A stretch of 24,423 nucleotides of DNA from Patescibacteria group bacterium (GCA_017992655.1 JAGOOF010000001.1:1-24423); one strand, 5' to 3'. Positions 1 to 7,858 are shown, counted from the first letter of the stretch. The notes: generated from the letters alone by a model not told the origin. Numbers and translations are program-made.

Positions 1-115
1 CTAACCTTCCGATAACGCCACCTAAACTAGGTTCACGCCATTTTTTTAGGTCGCTTTCCTTAACCTCACCGTTATGCTCAATATATATAAGAACTTCAAT
101 GGACGGAGTAATCAT
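1..115 (-). CDS. 5' part of a protein running off the window edge, possibly a winged-helix DNA-binding protein
   Basis: Hand translation from ATG at 115: MITPSIEVLIYIEHNGEVKESDLKKWREPSLGGVIGRL..., open to the edge. AAAAAGGTG SD-like element 5 nt upstream and its own promoter. The wHTH call is a pattern impression from only 38 codons. Confidence 0.55.
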   Translation of the reverse strand, partial: MITPSIEVLIYIEHNGEVKESDLKKWREPSLGGVIGRL

Positions 116-145
116 ATAACCACCTTTTTTATATTATGTAGTTAT

Positions 146-174
146 ATACTATTAAGTTAATGTACGTTCGTCAA
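146..174 (-). promoter_or_regulatory. sigma70-type promoter for the gene starting at 115
   Basis: Minus strand TTGACG (174-169), 17 bp spacer, TAGTAT (151-146). Confidence 0.6.
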
Positions 175-194
175 GTACAAAAAAATGCTGTATT

Positions 195-1133
195 TTATTC
201 CCAAACGAAATTATCGAAACCCCAGTCCAAAAGCTTTGCTGTTTCTTGCGCACTAGCTTCGTTCGTATTGCTGATTGTGTTTAATACTACAGAGATGAGG
301 GTGTGTCCATTTCTATTTGCAGCAGCTACCAAAGAATGTCCTGCCTCAAACGTAAAGCCAGTTTTACCTGCAATTGCGCCCTCATATTTCAGTTTATCAG
401 TGATCAGCCGATTAGAGTTTTCGAGCTCGTATTCAACTCCGTCTTCATTTTTTATCACAGTCTTATCGGTGCTCATAATTTCTTTTAACTTATCGATCTT
501 AAGAACGTAGGAAAATAAAATGGCCTGATCGAATGGTGTGGAATAGGCCTCTGCGCTTAATCCATGCGGGTCCATGTAGTGTGTATCATTAAGGCCGATA
601 GAGTGAGCCTTCTCGTTCATTAACTCCACAAATGCCTCCTCGCTCCCTGTGGTAATACGTGCAAGCGCCTTTGCCGTATCGTTTCCTGATTTTATGAGCA
701 GTGCCCTTAGTAGCTCCCCTATTTTCATACGATCTCCACTTTTTATACCAATTTTAGAGCCGATGACATTGGAGTCGGATGCTTCGATCGTTACGACCTC
801 ATCAAGATTTTTTTGTTCGTAAACAACGAGTGCTGTCATTACTTTTGTGATGCTTGCAATTTGCACCTTCTCACGAGCACCCAGCCCAAACATAAGATGT
901 TTAGAGTCGGCATCGATAAGGATGATATTTTTCGCTTTGGTTTTCGGTTCTTGGGAGATGTCTTTGATCCGAGGAATGGGAGCGACACCAAGATTGTTTG
1001 CATCTATTGCTAGAGCGTTGATATTACTAGCGTTAAGTTTTGGTTTATAAATTTGTTGCCCGATGCCAAAACCTGTCATTGCCAATATCGCAAGAAAAAC
1101 AATTAATATATACTTAGGCGGTTTATTATTCAC
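195..1133 (-). CDS. D-alanyl-D-alanine carboxypeptidase (peptidase S11, PBP5/DacA-like), N-terminally membrane anchored
   Basis: Catalytic motifs SxxK (ASITK), SxN (KSGND) and KTG (GKTGFT), plus the YMDPHGL segment. Hydrophobic N-terminal helix. Ends after the penicillin-binding domain. Confidence 0.92.
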   Translation of the reverse strand: MNNKPPKYILIVFLAILAMTGFGIGQQIYKPKLNASNINALAIDANNLGVAPIPRIKDISQEPKTKAKNIILIDADSKHLMFGLGAREKVQIASITKVMTALVVYEQKNLDEVVTIEASDSNVIGSKIGIKSGDRMKIGELLRALLIKSGNDTAKALARITTGSEEAFVELMNEKAHSIGLNDTHYMDPHGLSAEAYSTPFDQAILFSYVLKIDKLKEIMSTDKTVIKNEDGVEYELENSNRLITDKLKYEGAIAGKTGFTFEAGHSLVAAANRNGHTLISVVLNTISNTNEASAQETAKLLDWGFDNFVWE

Positions 1134-2988
1134 GGATAGAAACTTGATATTTTTTTGTTAAGTGGTCTCGTAGTTTATCGTGTCTCGTATCTGCCTCTTC
1201 TGCGGTCAGTGTATTGTCTGGCTTTTGGTAAGTGATCCTTAAAGTCATGCTTTTTCTTCCTTCGAACTTGGGGCTTTCAAATTCATCAAGGGGCTCAACA
1301 ATTAAGATAGAATTATCTAATGAGCTGACGTCATCCAATATTGTCCCAATTGCTATTTTGCTTTCAATCAAAAAAGATATATCGCGTACAACAGGTGGAT
1401 ATTTTGATATAGCCCTGTATCTATTGTTAGTGGTAGGCATCCTGTTTGATGCTAATGAAAGAGAAATTTTTTCGATGGGTATTTCCGCGAAGAAAAAAGA
1501 TCTTTTAATTTTATAAAGCTGAGATGTTTTTGTGTCGGGGGTTATTCTTACAACACTAGACGGTGGGAATATTTCCCCTAAGCGATGGTTTTTGCTAGTT
1601 GAGGCGGCAGCAAGATTTATAACTTCTTCGCCATTTGTAAAGACGCTACCGACTTCAAAAATTGTAAATTGATCATACCAGGGATTTTTAGACACCGCTT
1701 CGAACATTTTCGGTGCAAGCAATGGACGCATGTAGATATATTCGGCTGATAAAGGCTTTTCTATCTCAACAAGATCTTTTTCATTTAAAGCGAAAGCGCG
1801 AACTTCTTTTTTGCTAATAAACGATGTGCTTTTAACCTCCGTTAATCCCATTTCAGCTAGAGTGGTTATCAGTCTGTTAGTGTTCCCTTCCTCGCCTTGT
1901 GTATGTATTGCAAAATTGCTTGATAGCGCATTGGGCGTAATATGATGATAGCCGTAAATGCGTGCCACTTCTTCTGCGATATCGACGGGGCTTTTAACGT
2001 CGTGTACGCGCCACGAGGGCACAATGACTTCTTTTCCTGAAAGCTTGAAGCCAAGACGGGCTAAGATATTGCGCGACATTGTTTCGCTAATATTTGCGCC
2101 AGTAATGGCAGGAATCAAGCTATAGTCAAACGAAATAATATTTTCTTGAATTGGTTTTTGAATAAGAATTTTTTTTCTTTGAATACGGTAGCCCCAATTC
2201 TCTAGGGTCTGGGCTGCTTTTTCCAGAGCATAAATTGGTGCTTGCGGGTCAACCCCTCGCTCGTAGCGATAAGAAGCGGGTGTTTGAACGCCTGCAGTTT
2301 TTGCGCTTTTACGAATAACCGCTGGCGTAAAAATGGCGGCTTGTATCAAGATTTTCGATGTTGTTTGAGTAACAGAAGAATTGACACAGCCACTTATTCC
2401 TACTAAATCTACTATGGTATTTTTACTGCGGGCAACCAAATTCTCTTCTTTTATCTCTATTTCAGTATCGCCAAGTAAAATTGCTTTTTCGCCATGTTGT
2501 CCAAAACCAATCTCTAGCCTATTTACTTTTTCCAAATCAAAGGCGTGAAGTGGCAGGCCGTATTCATGCATTAAGTAGTTAGTGAGATCGACAATATTAT
2601 TTTTAGGGTTAATATTAATTTGTTTTAATCTTTCTGCAATAAGCGAGGGTGATTTTTTTGGTGTTGGCCCTTCGGCAACAAAATAAGCATAAACAGGCAC
2701 ATTCGTTCTTGCTGTTTCGCTATTGAAAAAGACGATATCATCTTCCTCTTCTATAAAACCTGAAGGTTTGCTGTAAGGAGTGGTAGTTTGATTAAGGAAA
2801 GCATTTATTTCGCGTGCGAGACCATAAACACTTACTGTGTCGCCACGGTTTGGGGTAATTTCTAGGTCTAAATAATCATCAGTGATCTTGTCGGGGGTAA
2901 AGCCAATCGAATGAAAAATATCAGCAATTTCGGAGCTTTTCTTCTCTGTTTTGCAAAAATCTTTAAGCCATTCAATTGGTAAAATCAT
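1126..2988 (-). CDS. pheT: phenylalanine--tRNA ligase beta subunit (short form, no B2 OB-fold)
   Basis: LEITPNRGD, VDLTNY...PLHAFD, ASYRYERGVDP, PSWR...DIAEEVARIYGY, and C-terminal B8 ISKYPPVVRDISF. Directly follows pheS. Confidence 0.96.
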   Translation of the reverse strand: MILPIEWLKDFCKTEKKSSEIADIFHSIGFTPDKITDDYLDLEITPNRGDTVSVYGLAREINAFLNQTTTPYSKPSGFIEEEDDIVFFNSETARTNVPVYAYFVAEGPTPKKSPSLIAERLKQININPKNNIVDLTNYLMHEYGLPLHAFDLEKVNRLEIGFGQHGEKAILLGDTEIEIKEENLVARSKNTIVDLVGISGCVNSSVTQTTSKILIQAAIFTPAVIRKSAKTAGVQTPASYRYERGVDPQAPIYALEKAAQTLENWGYRIQRKKILIQKPIQENIISFDYSLIPAITGANISETMSRNILARLGFKLSGKEVIVPSWRVHDVKSPVDIAEEVARIYGYHHITPNALSSNFAIHTQGEEGNTNRLITTLAEMGLTEVKSTSFISKKEVRAFALNEKDLVEIEKPLSAEYIYMRPLLAPKMFEAVSKNPWYDQFTIFEVGSVFTNGEEVINLAAASTSKNHRLGEIFPPSSVVRITPDTKTSQLYKIKRSFFFAEIPIEKISLSLASNRMPTTNNRYRAISKYPPVVRDISFLIESKIAIGTILDDVSSLDNSILIVEPLDEFESPKFEGRKSMTLRITYQKPDNTLTAEEADTRHDKLRDHLTKKYQVSIRE

Positions 2989-2995
2989 AATAAAA

Positions 2996-3685
2996 TTAAA
3001 ATTGTTTTAAAAACCTTAAGTCACCGCTTAGGCTCCAACGGATGTCGTCTACCCCTCGTTCCAGCATCATAAGCCTATCAAGCCCCATACCAAAAGCAAA
3101 GCCTTGCCACTTTTCGCTCTCTACTCCCATATTTGCTAATACCTCAGGGTGGATCATACCGCTTCCCAGTACCTCAAGCCATTGCCCATGCCACTTTATC
3201 ATGACGTCCATACCTGGCTCAACAAATGGGTAGTTATGGGGGAAGAACTTAGTTTCAATGTCTTTGCCCAGCAATTCTTTTAACAAATAATTAAGCGTCC
3301 ATATAAGGTTGGCCATAGTAATATTTTTTTCTATTACAAACCCTTCTAGCTGGTGCAAGACCGCCTCATGGGTAGCGTCAGTGGCTTCGTTGCGGAAAAC
3401 TCTGCCTGGAATTAAAATACGGACAGGCGGTTTCTTTTGGGCCATAGCTGGAATCTGCATTGCAGACGTATGTGTTCGCAGTACTCTTTTGTCTTTTGTC
3501 CAGAATGTGTCTTGGGTGTCACGAGCTGGGTGGTCTTTAGGAATCCTTAGAACGTCAAAGTTGAGCTTTTCAGTTGTTATTTCAGGCCCTGTTACCACGT
3601 GAAAGCCAATTTTTTCCATTGCGTAAATCGCGCGACTTACGAGCTGGCTAGTAGGATGAATGTGACCCATTGGTAGTTTAGACAT
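2996..3685 (-). CDS. pheS: phenylalanine--tRNA ligase alpha subunit (catalytic domain only)
   Basis: GHIHP, NFDVLRIPKDHPARDTQDTF, LRTHTS, PGRVFRNE, WLEVLGSGMIHP, GFAFGMGLDRL, DLRFLKQF. Start placed at ATG 3685 (overlaps the upstream stop) rather than 3718. Confidence 0.96.
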   Translation of the reverse strand: MSKLPMGHIHPTSQLVSRAIYAMEKIGFHVVTGPEITTEKLNFDVLRIPKDHPARDTQDTFWTKDKRVLRTHTSAMQIPAMAQKKPPVRILIPGRVFRNEATDATHEAVLHQLEGFVIEKNITMANLIWTLNYLLKELLGKDIETKFFPHNYPFVEPGMDVMIKWHGQWLEVLGSGMIHPEVLANMGVESEKWQGFAFGMGLDRLMMLERGVDDIRWSLSGDLRFLKQF

Positions 3686-4058
3686 AATTAGGCTTTTTGG
3701 AGTTATAGTAAAACTCAATTAAAATTAACGCAATAACATAAACGCTCGCACTCAATAGGTTTAATACGTCGATAGTTCTTAACAGTACAAGGCCAATAAT
3801 GCCGATACTGATAATCAGCCCTTGTCTTATTGAAGATAAAAGGATATTCAGTTGCTTGTTGCGATCTTTATTTTTGCGCACGTAAAAAAAGAACATTGCG
3901 AGGATACCCCATATAAAAAACAAAGCGAAAACGTAGAACATCGCTCTACTAAACTGATCGGTACTAAAGGGGTCGATTGTCTGTAAGATCGTAAACCACC
4001 CAGCGAACGAGAGCAACGTGGCGGAAAATACTGCAAATAGAATCTTATAGTGTTTCAT
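3678..4058 (-). CDS. hypothetical integral membrane protein, about 4 TM helices
   Basis: 126 aa with four hydrophobic segments. Start overlaps the rbfA stop (ATGA) and stop overlaps the pheS start. Confidence 0.85.
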   Translation of the reverse strand: MKHYKILFAVFSATLLSFAGWFTILQTIDPFSTDQFSRAMFYVFALFFIWGILAMFFFYVRKNKDRNKQLNILLSSIRQGLIISIGIIGLVLLRTIDVLNLLSASVYVIALILIEFYYNSKKPNYV

Positions 4059-4393
4059 AATGAGTCAATAATTTTGTCTATTCTTGCAACTTCTTCTACA
4101 CTTTTATCTATTGAAAAAGATATTTTCGGAATTTTGCGCATAGGTACTCTTTCAACCAGATAATGCTTGAGGTCGTAAAGATAAGGGGCAAGTACGTCTT
4201 TTACAGCTACTCCTTCTTTAAGCGGAGGATAGAAACTTATGAAGAAAAGCGCGTTTGAAAAATCGGATGCCATTTTAACACGGGTGCAGCTAATTAAGCC
4301 AAGGTTTTCCGATGCCTCCTTATGAAGAAATGAGGTAGCGTTGTGGGCTAACTCTTCCTCGATACGTTCTTTTCGACTATATGGTTTAGGCAC
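4055..4393 (-). CDS. rbfA: ribosome-binding factor A
   Basis: RKERIEEEL N-terminal helix, ISCTRVKMASDFSNA, and C-terminal MRKIPKISFSIDKS...ARIDKII match the RbfA layout. Start moved to GTG at 4393 because the upstream TTG lies inside the promoter. Confidence 0.85.
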   Translation of the reverse strand: MPKPYSRKERIEEELAHNATSFLHKEASENLGLISCTRVKMASDFSNALFFISFYPPLKEGVAVKDVLAPYLYDLKHYLVERVPMRKIPKISFSIDKSVEEVARIDKIIDSL

Positions 4394-4399
4394 AGACAC

Positions 4400-4428
4400 A
4401 TTATAGCAAAAATAAGGCAACCACTCAA
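4400..4428 (-). promoter_or_regulatory. sigma70 promoter with extended -10 upstream of rbfA
   Basis: TTGAGT (4428-4423), 17 bp spacer ending in TGC, perfect TATAAT (4405-4400). Confidence 0.75.
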
Positions 4429-4433
4429 ATTTT

Positions 4434-4823
4434 TTAGCGCTTTGCCCACTGCGGAGCGCGCCTTGCTCTTCTTAGTCCTGGTTTTTTTCGTTCTTTTTCA
4501 CGATCGTCTCTGGTCAATAAGCCAGATTTTCGCAATATAGTTTTTAATTCAGGATCAGCCTGTATCAAGGCGCGCGCAATGCCGAGTCTTAGGGCGGTAA
4601 GACGGCTGGAGACCCCTCCCCCGATAATAGTGGCGCTAATATCGTATTCCTTGTTTTTTTCAGTCAAAACAAGTGGTTCACGAACGTATTTTTCATTTTC
4701 TTTGGGTAACGTCCAGCTATGAACATCTATAGTGCCCTTTCCTGGCACCAAGCTTACTCGCGCAATTGCCGATTTGCGACGGCCAACCCCATGATAGGTT
4801 TTTATTTCTTTAGCCATAATCAT
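4434..4823 (-). CDS. rpsI: 30S ribosomal protein uS9
   Basis: GVGRRKSAIARV, GGG, LLTRDDREKERKKPGLRRARRAPQWAKR. Confidence 0.97.
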   Translation of the reverse strand: MIMAKEIKTYHGVGRRKSAIARVSLVPGKGTIDVHSWTLPKENEKYVREPLVLTEKNKEYDISATIIGGGVSSRLTALRLGIARALIQADPELKTILRKSGLLTRDDREKERKKPGLRRARRAPQWAKR

Positions 4824-5191
4824 TTTTTAATTAATTGTGGTATTTCATTCTTATAGATTTTTAGGCGTTTCAACCAGCGTTGTCTTAGCTTGTTATCGGG
4901 GAGCATTCCCCTTACGGAGAGATAAAGAATTTTGTCGCTGGGAACTTGCGTATAGCTTTTCTCCTTGAGATTGCCAAGGTAGCCACTATGACGATAGTAT
5001 TTTTTTGTTTCAATTTTGCGTCCAGTAATTTTTATGTTATCGCTGTTAAAAACGACAACCTGGTCACCATTGTCAATATTTAAGGAAAAATCAACTTTAT
5101 TTTTTCCTCGTAAAAGGTTGGCTATTTCTACGGATAGTCTCCCAAGAACTTTGCCACTTGCATCTATTTTATGAGTTGTACGTGTAGGCAT
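4820..5191 (-). CDS. rplM: 50S ribosomal protein uL13 (short, 123 aa)
   Basis: IDASGKVLGRL, LLRGKNK, GDQVVV, YYRHSGYLG, VRGMLP. Confidence 0.96.
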   Translation of the reverse strand: MPTRTTHKIDASGKVLGRLSVEIANLLRGKNKVDFSLNIDNGDQVVVFNSDNIKITGRKIETKKYYRHSGYLGNLKEKSYTQVPSDKILYLSVRGMLPDNKLRQRWLKRLKIYKNEIPQLIKK

Positions 5192-5193
5192 GA

Positions 5194-5652
5194 TTATTTC
5201 TTATTCTCAACTTTTTTTACAATTTTCTTTTTTTCTTCCTTTGGTGCATCCGGTACTTTCTTCTCGTCCTTATTGTGTGCCGTTTTTTTCAGTAAATCTT
5301 CTGTTTTTTTAGTAAGCTCTATAATTGCCATAGGGGCGTTATCGCCCTTGCGGTTGGCAGTTTTTATTATTCGAGTAAAACCGGATTGAGTGTTGGCGAA
5401 ATTTTTCTTTAATATTTCGATGACTTTTTTTGCTGGTTTTTCAGCTCCACCAAGCATAGTAAGTGCAGTCTTATAGCCATTCAAGTCGTTCTCTTTTTTC
5501 GCGCGGCTAATAATTCTTTCGATATAACTTTGTACGAATTTTGCTTTGGACGTTGTTGTGACAATTCTTTCGTGTACCACCAAAGAAGCTGCTAAATTTC
5601 GGATTAGCAAAATACGATGCGCTTTCTTTCTGCCGAGCTTGAACGTTTTCAT
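5194..5652 (-). CDS. rplQ: 50S ribosomal protein bL17 with Lys/Glu-rich tail
   Basis: KLGRKKAHR, NLAASL, ERIVTT..KAK, SGFTRIIK, RKGDNAPMAIIEL. Follows rpoA. Confidence 0.95.
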   Translation of the reverse strand: MKTFKLGRKKAHRILLIRNLAASLVVHERIVTTTSKAKFVQSYIERIISRAKKENDLNGYKTALTMLGGAEKPAKKVIEILKKNFANTQSGFTRIIKTANRKGDNAPMAIIELTKKTEDLLKKTAHNKDEKKVPDAPKEEKKKIVKKVENKK

Positions 5653-5658
5653 CTTTTC

Positions 5659-6417
5659 TTACTTTTTTGATTTAGTTTTGCTTGTTTTACTTTTTTTCTT
5701 GGCTGGCTTCTCGTTGGGCATAGTATCAGCCAAATCGGTGTTTATTAACGTGAAATGGTCGATTAATATTTGGCTTGCGTTCTTAAGTGCCTCATAGGGA
5801 GTAATACTGCCATTAGTTGTTATGTCGATGGTGAGACGGTCAAAATTGGTAATACTGCCAACACGGGTATTTTCCACCTCAAAATGAACTTTTCTAATTG
5901 GTGTGAACGCACTGTCGAGCATTATTGTCCCAAGTGGGGTTTTTTCTTCAGTTTTCTTTTCACTCGCTACAAAGCCCCTCCCCTTTTCAATTACAATGTC
6001 GGCTTTTAATTTGCCACCTTTGCCTAGCGTTGCGATGTGGTAATCGGGGTCAATAATCATAACATCAGATACTGTTTTTATGTCTTTAGCCTTAACCTCC
6101 TTTGGGCCACTAACGTCAAGAGAAATAGTAACGGGATCATCTCCCTCAAGCCTGACTGGCAGGCCCTTAATGTTGAGAATAAATTCGACAATATCCTCAC
6201 GCATATTTTCAACTGTGGTAAACTCGTGGTTCACGCCGTCTATTTTTACTGAGCTTACGGCGCTTCCTTCTAACGATGCAAGCATTACTCGCCGTAGCGC
6301 GTTGCCAACTGTAACTCCATACCCTGGGCTTAATGGCTCAATAACAAATGTCGCGGCATTTTGCTCGCTACTTTTCGTGCTTAATTTTACTAATTCAGTT
6401 TCAGGTAATAAATACAT
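5659..6417 (-). CDS. rpoA: RNA polymerase alpha subunit, N-terminal domain only
   Basis: FVIEPLSPGYGVTVGNALRRVMLASLEG, HEFTTV, EDIVEFILNIK, GRGF, DSAFTPIRKV, RVGSITNFDRL, TNGSITP. AGGAG SD upstream. Confidence 0.96.
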   Translation of the reverse strand: MYLLPETELVKLSTKSSEQNAATFVIEPLSPGYGVTVGNALRRVMLASLEGSAVSSVKIDGVNHEFTTVENMREDIVEFILNIKGLPVRLEGDDPVTISLDVSGPKEVKAKDIKTVSDVMIIDPDYHIATLGKGGKLKADIVIEKGRGFVASEKKTEEKTPLGTIMLDSAFTPIRKVHFEVENTRVGSITNFDRLTIDITTNGSITPYEALKNASQILIDHFTLINTDLADTMPNEKPAKKKSKTSKTKSKK

Positions 6418-6430
6418 ATCTCTCCTCTTT

Positions 6431-7045
6431 TTATGTTAATCGTGAATAATATTCAACGACCAACTGTTCTTCGATAGTGGTTTGAATTTGCTCTCGCGAA
6501 GGTGTTGCCACTACTTTGGCTTTCTTGTTTTGCTCGGATGCTTCAAGCCATGCAGGAACAGTCGCTTTTTTGCGAGCGGATTCACGCTCTACTGTTTTTT
6601 TTGCTTCAATGGTTTGCCCCTCTGCCATTATGTATGAAGGGGTCTTTGTTTTTTTGTTATCAATTAATATGTGGCCATGAGATATGAGTTGCCTTGCCTG
6701 ACGGCGGCTCTCCGCAAAACCCGCGCGATAAAGGATGTTGTCTGCTCTGAGCTCAAGTAGCTGGAGAAGTCGCTCACCGGTGTTTTTCTTAGAACGGTTT
6801 GCAAGCTCAAAGATTCTTCTTAATTGTTTCTCGGAAATATAGTAGGTATAGCGAATTTTTTGTTTCTCTTTAAGCTGTCGGGCGTAGTCGGAAGGCTTGC
6901 CACGACGTGATTGACCGTGCTGGCCAGGGCCATAGGGACGGCGCGTCATAACATTTTTTTGTCCCTCGTCTCTCTCTCCTTTGAGAAAAAGGTTTTCGCC
7001 GACGGAACGTGATAGCTTAGATACTGATTTTACCGGCTGTGACAT
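6431..7045 (-). CDS. rpsD: 30S ribosomal protein uS4
   Basis: LFLKGER, GPGQHG, SDYARQLKEKQK, LLELRADNILYRAGFA.SRRQARQLISHGH, LVVEYYSR. Confidence 0.97.
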   Translation of the reverse strand: MSQPVKSVSKLSRSVGENLFLKGERDEGQKNVMTRRPYGPGQHGQSRRGKPSDYARQLKEKQKIRYTYYISEKQLRRIFELANRSKKNTGERLLQLLELRADNILYRAGFAESRRQARQLISHGHILIDNKKTKTPSYIMAEGQTIEAKKTVERESARKKATVPAWLEASEQNKKAKVVATPSREQIQTTIEEQLVVEYYSRLT

Positions 7046-7059
7046 AATATCTTACTCCG

Positions 7060-7473
7060 TTATACTCTTCGTGGTTTTTTGGGGCGACACCCGTTGTGAG
7101 GAACCGGTGTTGTGTCCTTTAAGCTTGTAACGTTAATACCACTTCCTGCAAACGCTCGTACTGCTGCCTCTCTCCCATTCCCGACACCATTAACCGTAAT
7201 TTGTCCTTCCTCAAAACCCATTTCTTTTATTTTCTCGATTACTGTTTTGGCAGTTTGTGTAGCCGCAAACGGTGTTGATTTTTTTGTGCCCTTAAAACCT
7301 ACACTGCCGGCGCTTGCCCATGCAATAACATTGCCACTATTGTCAGTAACAGTAATATTGACATTATTAAAAGTGGAACGGACGTAAATATTTCCTGCTT
7401 TAACGGTCTTATTGACTTTTTTTCGTCTGGCGCGTAAAACCGCGCGTTTTTTGTTTACAGAAACATTAGCCAT
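7060..7473 (-). CDS. rpsK: 30S ribosomal protein uS11
   Basis: STFNNVNIT, WASAG, GFKGTKKSTPFAA, GVGNGRE, DTTPVPHNGCRPKKPRRV. Confidence 0.97.
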   Translation of the reverse strand: MANVSVNKKRAVLRARRKKVNKTVKAGNIYVRSTFNNVNITVTDNSGNVIAWASAGSVGFKGTKKSTPFAATQTAKTVIEKIKEMGFEEGQITVNGVGNGREAAVRAFAGSGINVTSLKDTTPVPHNGCRPKKPRRV

Positions 7474-7856
7474 TAGGTTTTCTCCGCAGCTTTCTTACGG
7501 CCACTACCAACAGTCACCTTCTTGCCACGCTTTGTACGCGCATTTGTTTTTGTGCGCTGGCCGTGAACAGGCAAATTACGAGCGTGCCTCACTCCTCGGT
7601 AGGCGCCAATTTCTTTGAGGCGTTTAATATTTTGTATTACTTCTACTCTTAAGTCACCTTCTACCTTATGTGCTTCTATTGCTGCTCTTATTTTTTCCAC
7701 ATCTGACGCTGAAATATCTTTTGTCTTTGTGTTGGGCTTGAGCTCGATACTTTCAAGAATATTATTCGCCGTGCTTCTTCCGATACCATAAATTGCGGTC
7801 AGCGCAGAGCTGATAGGCTTATTAGGGTCTAAATTAATACCTACAATGCGAGCCAT
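7473..7856 (-). CDS. rpsM: 30S ribosomal protein uS13
   Basis: MARIVGI, LTAIYGIG, VEGDLR, YRGVRH, LPVHGQRTKTNART. Confidence 0.97.
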   Translation of the reverse strand: MARIVGINLDPNKPISSALTAIYGIGRSTANNILESIELKPNTKTKDISASDVEKIRAAIEAHKVEGDLRVEVIQNIKRLKEIGAYRGVRHARNLPVHGQRTKTNARTKRGKKVTVGSGRKKAAEKT

Positions 7857-7858
7857 CT

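Noticed and set aside
195-1133. Carboxypeptidase as a beta-lactam or vancomycin resistance gene
   Set aside because: Motifs fit an ordinary S11 DacA-like housekeeping enzyme, with no van cluster or mobile context.
3686-3718. Longer pheS start at 3718, and other extended starts in the track (rplF 12928, rpsN 13498, rpsQ 15001, rpsL 24154, rbfA 4420)
   Set aside because: The extensions overlap upstream genes or promoters and precede the canonical N-terminal motifs. Even the longest pheS start does not restore the helical arm.
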